From Eledone cirrhosa (taxonomy: Eukaryota): a stretch of 64,000 nt of DNA. The DNA is taken from positions 407,960,001-408,024,000 of the forward strand of contig OZ024740.1 of assembly GCA_964016885.1 (NCBI GenBank), read 5' to 3'. Position 1 is the first letter of the stretch. Each line of letters opens with the position of its first letter. Shown piece after piece: positions 53,249 through 64,000 of this stretch. The notes under the pieces are model-generated. The model was not told the origin of the DNA and ran no database searches. It saw only the letters and a program-made list of their open reading frames with translations. The position numbers and the translations under genes were made by a program.

Positions 53249-53299
<51 letters not shown>

Positions 53300-53422
53300 G
53301 GGCGGTGCCCCAGCATGGCCTCAGCCGGATGGCTGAAACAGGTAAAAGAGTAAAAGAGTATATATATGTATATAGAAAGGATAAAAAGGACGATTGATTA
53401 TTCCTTCATTGCATTTATTGAT

Positions 53423-53509
53423 AGGTGACGCGCGTTTCGCCACTGATCAGCTCAAGGTTCGATCTATATCGATCCTACCCGACTCAATAATCGGCAGCTC
53501 GACGGACCC
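53423..53509 (-). ncRNA. type I hammerhead with variant core (CCGUCGA) and branched stem II
   Basis: Stem I GGGU/ACCU; CCGUCGA in place of CUGANGA; stem II GCUGC/GUGGC enclosing two hairpins; GAAA; palindromic ACGCGCGU; GUC triplet. Confidence 0.65.
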
Positions 53510-53990
53510 TCTTAAAATGCTATAAGAAAATGAAATACATGCTATGTGGTAAAGTCAGAGTTTCAAGAGTTTGACAAAATGAGTTGTTTTGATTGGTGGG
53601 AAGGATCAAGGCGATGTACTGGCCTGTAGTGTATATGGGGGGTGGGTGTGATGGTGAGATGTTGGTGACGGTCTGTGGATGAGGTGGGCTGTGGTGGTGG
53701 TGGGTTGGCCTTGGCGTGTAGAGTATGTGGGGTGGATGTGATGATATGGTGGTGGTTAAGGTTATTTAGTGGGATGGGCTGTGGTATGAGGTTAGTGGAT
53801 TGTCAGTAGACGGGTTGGCGAGTGTGTGGGGGTGTAGTAGTGGTGCCGTTGTCTATAGTAGCGGCGTTGTAAAAAGTGTGTAGGGTTTTACATGTATATA
53901 CACACACCAAACTGTTTTTTAACCCTTTGTGTTTTCATTGGTCAATTTTGAACTGATATTTTGAATTGTTGTTATTATCAATAAATATAC

Positions 53991-54145
53991 TTCATTATTT
54001 CTGAAGACGGCGTATATATGAGTTAGGTATGTATATTTAATCTTGATAATTTGTATAATTTTGTATAATTTTGTACATAGATCTGTTAAATATGCATACC
54101 AATTATAGCACATATATGCCCTAGAAACGATCGTTAAATAGTGAA
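53991..54145 (+). ncRNA. type I hammerhead ribozyme with very long stem II
   Basis: 10-bp stem I UUCAUUAUUU/AAAUAGUGAA; CUGAAGA; 116-nt stem II region (GGCGUAUAU/AUAUAUGCC and GGUAUGUAUAUUUAA/UUAAAUAUGCAUACC); GAAA; palindromic ACGAUCGU; GUU triplet. Confidence 0.82.
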
Positions 54146-54330
54146 CTTTTTTTGTTTAATATAAGGAATTGTTTGTTCATTATTTGTTTAATATTTTATC
54201 TTGACTCTGTATACCGTTTATCTTTCACCGAAATTGGATTTTCATTACATCTCTTCTTTCCATGATATCCGGAATACATTGAGTTCTTCATACGGATTGG
54301 ACACTACCGTAAACTCTTGGTAGATTTATC

Positions 54331-54372
<42 letters not shown>

Positions 54373-55623
54373 TGTACAGACAACACACACACACACATAC
54401 TTGCACATACATGAGCTCACCTACACATACAGTCAGATTCACCCATATACAAATATGTAGACGTACACATATACACACATACATACACATACATATACAC
54501 ACACACATACCCATACGCATACACATATATACAGATATATATATACACACACATACACACATGTATACACATGTGTTCACATACACACACACACATACAT
54601 ATAACTATGCGTACACGCACGCACACTTATACGCCCGTATGTGTAAAAATACTTACACACAGACACACACACTATTGTTGGTTGGGGAGTGGAGGTATGT
54701 GTTGTCGGTGTTGATGAAGTATGGAGTTGTGTTTTGTGGTGGTGGTGGTGTTGTGAGGGACAAAAATATATATATCGGATCGAATACCGGTTAAAAGGTG
54801 ACATGGGGGACGCGGGGGAGAACGTTTATGGACGTACGGCGATGTGTGTTGTGGACATGGTGATGGTGGTGGTGGTGCTGGGGTGATATGTTCGACAAGA
54901 TGATTACATGATCAGAGGTTACGGTGTGTTATAGGGTTATAGGGTAAGGCAGCGGGGGTGAGTTGTCTATAATACAGTCGATCTGGGAGCGAGGGGTTAT
55001 ATGTGTTGATGATGTTAATGATAATGATTGTTGAGGTATTTGGATGTATCTAGTGATGGCTGTGGTTGTGTGTGCGTGCGACAGTACAATTACAGGGTCG
55101 AATTTAGCGTGGGGTTGTAGGTTAGGGTGGACAGAGGGAACATGGGGGGGATGAGGTTGTAGGTGTGTATGGTAGACATATGACGATGTGTGGTGTGGTG
55201 GTGGTGGCGATGGTGTGATATGATCGACATTGTATTTACAAGGTCCCTTGTCATTGTGGATTGCAAGGTAAAACCTATCATAGGAGACCGATCTAATACG
55301 ATGTTGCAACGATGAGGTGTGTATGTTGATGTGAATTTTGGTGGTGGTGATGGTGATGTGTGCGGCATGATATACACATCCGGGCTTAGAAATGGTTACA
55401 TGGAGTACAATACAATAAGTTCATTGAGATGGGCTATGGTGAGACGGGGTATAGGTGGTTATTAATATGGTGTGTCATGGTTAGTGTGATTTTTGGTGTG
55501 GGTTATGTATGCGGCGTGATATACAAAATACGTGCTTACATATGGTTAAATGCAATACAATAAAGTAAAGTAAGATTAGAATTAAAATTAATATATAGAA
55601 TTAAAATTAATATATATATATAT

Positions 55624-55820
55624 ATGAATGAGTCAGTACCCTAATGGATGAGCTCTTCCCATTTCAACAGCTAGTTCCAGTCTGGAACTAGCTGTTGGAA
55701 CGGCAAGAGCCCAGCCATCAGGATACTGACTTATTCATATATCTATACTCTACTACCCCAGGTATTGAGTACTCTGGTGAGCAATGGTCTAACCAGTTTC
55801 TTACTGAATCAATCTTGATT
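55624..55820. mobile_element. older TA-flanked hairpin element, 'gtactcaatac' family, opposite orientation
   Basis: Arms 55624-55680 / 55682-55738; tail contains gtattgagtactc. Confidence 0.75.
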
Positions 55821-56164
55821 TATATATATATATACCGAATTTTAAGATAGATACACATTTATTCATGTGTGTCCTAATAAGTGGCTAAAAGGTTGACATC
55901 TGGAAAGGCATCTAACTGTAAAAGATTGTCTCAAAACATGCCATCTAAACCATTCCATCATTGGAGGTGAATTTAAAAACGAAATTGACAATGATTCACA
56001 CACACACACATACACACACATAGGTTTAAAGATAAATTCAAAATTACTGAGAATTGAATGTAATCACTGTAAAGAGGGGTGGGGATCAACTGTTTTAAGC
56101 AATGGTGAATATACTGCTAACAAAATATAATCATCATTTAACCCATATCTTTTCTTGTTGAGTC

Positions 56165-58290
56165 AAGCTCCAGCATCTACCATACTCTGAACGTCTTGCT
56201 TCCCTAGGCATGGATACATTGAATCTCCGACGTCTGGCAACTGACTTGGAATTATTAACCATCTTGCCAACAACAACCCTGAGTACCTTTTTATTTCCAT
56301 GTGTCTAACACAGGTGGGAATGCCTACAAAGTCAGAAAACAGCACAGCTCCCATGACTTTCGGAAACATTTTTTCATACTCAGAGTTGCTGAAGCACGGA
56401 ACAAACTACCTGCATCAGTTGTTAACTGTTGAGACACTGCATCCTTTAAAACTTCCATGGAACAAACTACCTGCAGCAGTTATTAGCTGTCGAGACACTG
56501 CATCCTTTAAAACCTCCATGGAACAAACTACCAGCATCAGTTGTTAGCTGTGAAGACACTGCATCCTTTAAAACTTCCATGGAACAAACTACCAGCATCA
56601 GTTGTTAGCTGTCAAGACACTGCATCCTTTAAAACTTCCATGGAACAAACTACCTGCAGCAGTTATTAGCTGTCGAGACACTGCATCCTTTAAAACCTCC
56701 ATGGAACAAACTACCAGCATCAGTTGTTAGCTGTGAAGACACTGCATCCTTTAAAACTTCCATGGAACAAACTACCAGCATCAGTTGTTAGCTGTCAAGA
56801 CACTGCATCCTTTAAAACTTCCATGGAACAAACTACCTGCATCAGTTGTTAGCTGTCGAGACACTGCATCCTTTAAAACCTCTATGGAACAAACTACCAG
56901 CATCAGTTGTTAGCTGTCAAGACACTGCATCCTTTAAAACTTCCATGGAACAAACTACCTGCATCAGTTGTTAGCTGTTGAGACACTGCATCCTTTAAAA
57001 CCTCCATGGAACAAACTACCTGCATCAGTTGTTAGCTGTTGAGACACTGCATTCTTTAAAACCTCCATGGAACAAACTACCTGCATCAGGTATTAGCTGT
57101 CAAGACACTGCATCCTTTAAAACTTCCATGGAACAAACTACCTGCATCAGTTGTTAGCTGTCAAGACACTGCATCCTTTAAAACTTCCATGGAACAAACT
57201 ACCTGCATCAGTTGTTAGCTGTTGAGGCACTGCATCCTTTAAAACCTCCATGGAACAAACTACCTGCATCAGGTATTAGCTGTCGAGACACTGGATCCTT
57301 CAAAACCTCCATGGAACAAACTACCTGCATCAGTTGTTAGCTGTCAAGACACTGCATCCTTTAAAACTTCCATGGAACAAACTACCTGCATCAGTTGTTA
57401 GCTGTCAAGACACTGCATCCTTTAAAACTTCCATGGAACAAACTACCTGCATCAGTTGTTAGCTGTTGAGACACTGCATCCTTTAAAACCTCCATGGAAC
57501 AAACTACCTGCATCAGGTATTAGCTGTCGAGACACTGGATCCTTCAAAACCTCCATGGAACAAACTACCTGCATCAGTTGTTAGCTGTCAAGACACTGCA
57601 TCCTTTAAAACTTCCATGGAACAAACTACCTGCATCAGTTGTTAGCTGTCAAGACACTGCATCCTTTAAAACTTCCATGGAACAAACTACCTGCATCAGT
57701 TGTTAGCTGTTGAGACACTGCATCCTTTAAAACCTCCATGGAACAAACTACCTGCATCAGGTATTAGCTGTCGAGACACTGCATCCTTTAAAACCTCCAT
57801 GGAACAAACTACCAGCATCAGGTATTAGCTGTCAAGACACTGCATCCTTTAAAACTTCCATGGAACAAACTACCTGCAGCAGTTATTAGCTGTCGAGACA
57901 CTGCATCCTTTAAAACCTCCATGGAACAAACTACCTGCATCAGGTATTAGCTGTCGAGACACTGGATCCTTCAAAACCTCCATGGAACAAACTACCAGCA
58001 TCAGGTATTAGCTGTCGAGACACTGCATCCTTCAAAACCTCCATGGAACAAACTACCAGCATCAGGTATTAGCTGTCGAGACACTGCATCCTTCAAAACC
58101 TCCATGCTTCCTGAGATTCGCCAACACTACCCCTAATATTCCTCCTCCATACACATGCACACATGTATATCATGACTCATACACTATTCACTTCCCTGAC
58201 ATTTGTATATTATTCTATGTACTATACATGCACCTTTGATGAGTTGTAGTGCACCTGAGCACTGTACACAATAATTTCATTATTATTATT
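56165..58290 (+). mobile_element. 5'-truncated CR1 copy carrying an internal satellite
   Basis: 56165-56458 and 58106-58290 match the ORF2 end and 3' UTR of the 45966-49186 element. Confidence 0.92.
56398..58105 (+). repeat. 61-bp tandem array, 28 units
   Basis: Unit ggaacaaactacctgcatcagttgttagctgtcgagacactgcatcctttaaaacctccat; 1708 bp = 28 x 61. Confidence 0.97.
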
Positions 58291-58575
58291 AACAACATCC
58301 AAATATTGTGATACGTGAATTCAGTTTGGAGTTAATAGTCATAGATTAAGAGTGATTATTGATATTGGTTGTGTATTGATTATATTTCTACATTAAGTGT
58401 GAATTAAAATATTTTATATCTTGGTTTTTATATTTTAGTCTATGATAGAAAGATGGATATCAGAGTAATTCTGGCTAAATATTAATTTCTGGTCATCATC
58501 ATCATCAACATTACTACTATCATCATCATCATCAACATTACAAATATCATCATCATCATCATCATCATTACTACT

Positions 58576-58606
<31 letters not shown>

Positions 58607-58640
58607 ACATTACTACTATCATCATCATCATCATCAACAT

Positions 58641-58815
58641 TATCGGTAGAGGGTCAGACGCCATGCTTTCTAGCATAGTTACGTCCCTTTACAGTCTGAG
58701 TTCAAATCCCATCGAGGTTAACTTTGCCTTTCATCCTTACGGGTTCGATAAAATAAAGTACCAGTAATGTACTGGGATAATTGCTGGCCTTGTGCCAAAA
58801 GTAGAAACAATTATT
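58641..58815 (+). mobile_element. SINE family A within (ATC)n repeats
   Basis: tatcggtagagggtcagacgcc...gtagaaacaatt. Confidence 0.85.
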
Positions 58816-59659
58816 ATCCTCACCAAAATTACTATCACCATTATCATCATCATAACCATCATCATTATTGCTGTCATCATTATCCCCACCATGCCCACCA
58901 CCACCACCAGAAATACGATGACCACCACCCACACAACCACAGCCACCCATAGATCTGTCAGAAATAGCAACCAAATTTCCCTCATAACATATCTTATGCC
59001 TTTAAAAAAAGGGAAGGAACATTGATGAATGTAGTTCTAAATGCACTGTGTCTGAAAACAAAAATAACACATATGAGATGGTCATGACTGGAAAAGCTTT
59101 GATCATTGGTCTCCTTAATCAAGACTGCCCTGTGCTAAACAATAACAATGACAGCAATCATCATTGTCCTTATCTTTATTATGCCATCATAGTAACAACT
59201 GCTAATCTTTGCTATTTCTCATGCTAGACATTGATTGGGTTTCAATTTTCTTGATCCAGTATCAACTTCTTTGTGATATACAGACTGTTAAGTTCTGATC
59301 TATCTCAAATTTGTGACACTGTTTCTTTGACAATCATCAACAACTCACCATAAAAGTGGTGGTATTTTACGTAAAATGTTTAGCTCTGTGTGTGTGTGTC
59401 AGCATTAACCCTTTTGTCTGAAGACTGTCACCCTATTCCTACCCTACTATGTCGTCTGTCAACAGGATGGTCTCAGCCAACAGGATGGCGAGGGAGACGT
59501 ACTGGAACCTTGCAGGGTTTGCACATGTAAGCAACCAGTCCCACTCTGATAGCAGCAAGCAGGGATGTGGTTCGGGGACCATGAACACCAGAAGTCTCCA
59601 TTGCTTCAGACTCAACCACAAACCTATTAGAGAGTGGCCAATACTTAACTCTCACTAAT

Positions 59660-59878
59660 AATGGTTTCAAATTTAGGCACAAAGCCAGCATTTTGGGGTA
59701 GATGGATAAATCAATTATACTGACCCCAGTATTTAATTGGTACTTTATTTCATTGACTCCAGAAGAATGAAAAGCAAAGTTGACCTCTCCAGGATTTGAA
59801 CTCAGTATGTAAAGAGCCAGAACAAATACTGCAATGCATTTTCTCTGGCACTTTAATAATTCTGCTAATCAGCCACCA
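59660..59878 (-). mobile_element. SINE family A, older subfamily
   Basis: ttaggcacaaagccagc...ggatttgaactcag. Confidence 0.7.
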
Positions 59879-61223
59879 GTTGTTGTTGTTTAACCCTAGG
59901 TTAGCTTTGATCTATGGCACACAATAAATTGTATTTTACCCCATGATAGTTCTGATCAAGTAAACCTATGTTTAAAAAGCATTCCAGCCTTTCTTGTAAT
60001 TCAGATACACTATAACTTAGATTCCATTATCCAATGTCTCCTCTTTTTTAAGACAGTAGATTGTGATTTGGGGAAGATTTGGCTACTATAAGTAGAGCAA
60101 CTATGTAGTGGCCTCTTTGGCTCATTAGATATTAAGTCAAATGGTTAGGTGCAATCCACATTTGCATTACTTCTGATACACCATACTTCTTCTGAGTGGA
60201 GTACCATTCTGAAAGTGCAGTATGGTAGTCAAAGTATGTTGCTTTTTTTTTCTGAACCATTCAGCATGTTCCTGTATATCTGTTGTTGTGGCTGTTGTTA
60301 TCATTGTTTAATCCAAGATCAGACTTAATCAAATAATTGAAGGTGCTCCTGCCCACTGACTGGTGGACTTGATACTGATAACAGATATTATGGTGGACAA
60401 GGATGTTATACTAATAATAGGTAAGTAGGCTTGATGGAAAAACTAATGGATGCTCTATTAGTTCAAAGTCTTCCATAATCCTGGAGAAAAAGACAAAAGC
60501 TAATTGATATATTTTCCTTGAACATAAAGATGAAATCATCAAAGATGCTCCAATAATATAATGGGTTGAAGTACATTACTTGTTTGTGTCATATAACCAA
60601 TAATTTAGAATGAATTTCTTTTAATCTTATTTTTGTTGTAGACAAGGGAAATATTTTAAGTGTCTTATGAACACCAGACTTTTTGTAATTTCTCCTTATT
60701 AGATTGTAATTTCTTCAGAGGAAATTACTATACAAGTTTTGAAAACACATGGCTAGGTACTAGAATCAATGAAAAAAGTCAGATGAACTATTCACTTCGA
60801 TTTTTGTTATTGTATAAGAGAAAAATACTTTACAATAGATTATTCTAATACAGACATTAATTACAATAAATCAAATCTTTTTCTTCAGCCAATTATTTAA
60901 TGAATTATTTATTTATTGTTCAAATTTTAAATTCTAAAATAACATTTAGTAAATAAAAAAAAAAAAAAAGGAAATAAAAGGAAAGAAAGAATAGGGAAAT
61001 ATAGAAAAAAAAAGAGAGAGGAAAAGAAAAAGAAATGGAAGGGGAGGGCATGGCAAAAGCTCTAATTGCTTAAAAAAATGTTATTTTAAACCTCATTCTG
61101 ACATTAGTTCTATCTTATATTACCATATTAAATCACATGATAAAAACTATATCTAAAACACTAGTACTCTTCTTCAGGTCCAGAAAATACTACAGCTTCG
61201 AACAGTTGCTGACTTTGTACAAG

Positions 61224-61680
61224 TCATCATCATCATAATCATCATTTAACGTCTATCTTCCACGCTAGTATGGGTTAGATGGGAATTGTCCCACTCGAGG
61301 CAAGATTGGTTGGGTGACCGTGTCTCGCCCATATAGGACTGTCTGGCAGGTTTTCTATGGCTGGATGTCCTTTCTAACACCAACCACGTTTACAGTGTGG
61401 ACTGGGAGGTTTTTACCGTGTTACCTACACAACCTCATTTATTTTGGACTGGATGTTGTGGTACCAACATAACTTTACAGAGAGAGGGTGGTGTTGGTGG
61501 GAGTGGGGGTGGAGTAGGGGTAGTGGGATGAGGATGTATATTTGGTTAAGAGGTGCCTACTGACTGTAGGTTTCGCTATGTACATAGGCAAGGCAGGTCT
61601 TCTGTATTACTGCGTAGCGCCAAAGATCTCGGTCCAGTGACATTGTCTTAGAGAGGTGTAAGTGTGTAAGGTCGGAATTT
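61224..61680 (-). mobile_element. 5'-truncated RTE LINE, diverged copy of the 42527 family
   Basis: Reverse complement matches 44490-44970 (NSDLTHLHLSKTMSLDRDLWRY, 3' UTR and GAT tail). Confidence 0.88.
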
Positions 61681-62864
61681 CTTCAGTGAAACTCACAAGA
61701 AGGCTGCTTCCTGCTCTTACATGTAAAATGGTGGTTATTACATATTCAAACATTGTAGCCCACATAAAAGCTCACCATTCACTCTTCTGTTGTTGATAAA
61801 ATAAAAAAATTACCAGTCCAGTAATGGGGTCAGTTCTTTCTTTGAACAATTAGAGGTTTGAAGTTTTTCAACAATACTGTAATATGTCCAGGGCTGGAGT
61901 TAATGGGGGGCGAAGGGGACAATTACTCTGGGGCCCCCTGCAGTGGGGTGGGGGGAACCAGTGATGGCTGTAGCAATTTATTTGTGCCCTCACCTGGGCT
62001 TTTGAGTTTTAGGATGGTTAGAATTTTTGAAATTGATACCTGTATGTATAACTTTTCAATTCCAATTCCTTGTACAAAGCTAACTTTGATTTGTAAAACT
62101 GGAGGGGGGAGGGGGTGCTGTGTATTCTAATTATGTATGTGGGACCCCCCAAGGTCTAGTCCAAAATTTCACTGTCAATGACTTTTTACCTTGTAGCATG
62201 ATATATGTTTACAAGCAGCACAAAATATGATTAGTTAGCTTTATAGTGAGGAATTCAACAGCTAAGATTAACCATTATGATACCAACCTGCTTTAAACTG
62301 CTGCTGATTCTATCAAGAAAATCACTTGTTTTAAATTGTTTAAATCTAAGTCTTTCATTATATATTTTTGCATGAATCATATCTTAAGTTATGATCCAAA
62401 TGCTAACTTAATAATCAAGTTATTTTACTAAATCCCTCAATTTAAAATTTATTATTTTAAGAATTAATTGAAAATAATATGTAATATATTTCATATATTA
62501 TATTAGAAATATGATAGCAAAAGGGTTAATATAGTGCGTTTTCATTATAATGAGGTTTGGCAGAAAACCATCCTCATAAAACATTAAAGTGCTGCAGATA
62601 ACAATAAGATGAGTGTTTGGTGGATGAATAATGAAGCAGGCTTACACAACTAATATCCATATTTACATTGTTTTTGTGGAGGTGGAGGAAGTAACTTTAT
62701 ATGTCAATATGTCAATATGTACATTATTATACAATATTATCTGTCATTTGATACCAAGTTGGCCTTTTGGTTCACTATTCTAACTTATACTGATGATATT
62801 TCATTAGACTGTATCAGAATATTTATAGTAATATCTGTTTATGACTGTAGAGAACAATGTAATA

Positions 62865-62904
<40 letters not shown>

Positions 62905-62905
<1 letters not shown>

Positions 62906-63074
62906 CAAAGGAATTGTGGTAAGGAACCAATACTGTGGTAAGGGTACTCAATACTTAGGGTGGGAAATAGGAAAAAGTATGACCCCGACGGCAGAGCTCA
63001 AGCCATTTCGACGGCTATTTCCAGAAATAGCCGTCGAAACGGCTTGAGCTCTGCCGTTGGGGTCATACTTTTTC
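62905..63074. mobile_element. TA-flanked hairpin element, 'gtactcaatac' family, with mirrored half-hammerheads
   Basis: Arms 62971-63021 / 63024-63074; the right arm reads stem-GAAA-CGGC..GCCG-UU-GGGGUC. Confidence 0.8.
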
Positions 63075-63105
<31 letters not shown>

Positions 63106-63184
63106 AATCACTACCTCCCTACGGACAACTGACGCTGCACACCAGGTCTGAAAACGGAAGAGCCAAATTCTCACTATTATTACT

Positions 63185-63372
63185 TGGTGAATTGGCAGTA
63201 TCGGTAGAGGGTCGGACGCCATGCTTTCCAGCATAGTTACGTCCCTTTACGGTCTGAGTTCAAATCCCGCCGAGGTTGACTTTGCCTTTCATCCTTACGG
63301 GGTCGATAAAATAAAGTACCAGTAATGCACTGGGTAATTGCTGGCCTTGTGCCTAATGTAGAAACAATTATT
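63185..63372 (+). mobile_element. SINE family A, young full-length copy
   Basis: Near-identical to 14611-14790. Confidence 0.9.
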
Positions 63373-63729
63373 ACTTCATCTCTCTTGCCCTTTCCATCTC
63401 TCTATATTATGAGCAAATAGAAGTGTTTACATCTTTGGCAAGGAGAATCTGTGACTCACTTTTGATTCTCAATAGGAAGCATTTCACTTCATTTGGAAAA
63501 TTGTGGAGTTTCCATACTTGATAAACACATGAATGTTTCAACTTTTCCTGCTTAAAGTTAGAGCCAGCTCTAGGGTTGCTGGGGCCTAAGGCAAGCTGAG
63601 TTTCAGTACCTTTCACTAGGAAGAAAACCTGCAAATGCAGGGATAAAGTGTTTATTAATATGTTGTTAACCAAAAAGAACAGTTCAAACACAGCATCAAT
63701 ATTAAAATACTTTCATTAATATATATAGT

Positions 63730-63925
63730 GAGGGCAGTAGATTGGCAGTGTCAGACATGCTTGTGGCATATAGTTACGGCCCTTTACATTTCAAATCTTG
63801 CTGTGGTCAGCTTTGCTTTCATCCTCACAGGGTCAATAAAATGAAATACCAGTAATGCACTGGGGTCAATTTAATCTACTTTACCCTCCCCCAAAATTGT
63901 TGGCCTTGTGTCTAAATCAGAAATG
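63730..63925 (+). mobile_element. SINE family A, diverged
   Basis: gattggcagtg...tttcatcctcacagggtcaataaa...ggccttgtgtctaaa. Confidence 0.7.
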
Positions 63926-64000
63926 ATAAATATATATAGTGGAGAGAGAGAGAGAGAGAGTGTGTGTGTGTGTGTGAGAGAGAGAGTGTGTGTGTGTGTG

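Larger units (their letters stand above)
51811..53252 (+). mobile_element. tandem ~560-bp hammerhead-containing repeat (2.6 copies), retrozyme/Penelope pLTR-like
   Basis: Units start at 51811, 52375 and 52934 and differ essentially only in T/A run lengths; flanked by TA runs; one hammerhead per unit. Confidence 0.9.
53375..55560 (-). mobile_element. 3' region of a Penelope-like element (related to 28935-29800), interrupted at ~53890-54670
   Basis: Reverse complement of 55000-55450 aligns by eye with 29370-29790 (aaattcgaccctg, catctcaat, catgtaacc, CAC-rich units); ends with a hammerhead, AATAAA and TA. Confidence 0.7.

Noticed and set aside
56398-58105. CRISPR-like regular array
   Set aside because: There are no unique spacers, the units are contiguous and derive from CR1 ORF2, and the context is eukaryotic with no cas genes.

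Overview
AT-rich, repeat-saturated eukaryotic DNA, intronic or intergenic. The SINE/LINE repertoire and the dense (TA)n, (CA)n and (ATC)n microsatellites suggest a cephalopod such as Octopus; this is an inference. No host protein-coding gene can be supported with confidence. Recognisable content: a 5'-truncated RTE-clade LINE with an open RT frame and a PHD-finger insert (42527-44972, +); a CR1-clade LINE with intact APE+RT ORF2 and an ORF1 remnant joined by a canonical -1 slippery site (45966-49186, -); two tRNA-derived SINE families (about 20 copies and about 5 copies); a non-autonomous Helitron; decayed hAT, pogo and RTE fragments; and a 28 x 61-bp satellite born from the CR1 ORF2 end. The most striking system is a set of small elements inserted in or next to (TA)n runs that carry type I hammerhead ribozymes. 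I folded 11 complete motifs by hand, from about 6 sequence families, plus several half-motifs. They occur as tandem arrays (a retrozyme-like ~560-bp unit and a ~220-bp unit), as snap-back palindromes with arms up to 370 bp, and as the 3' end of an element whose relative carries a GIY-YIG endonuclease remnant. Together this points to a TA-microsatellite-targeted Penelope-like element/retrozyme system. All structures were read by eye; no database search or folding program was run.
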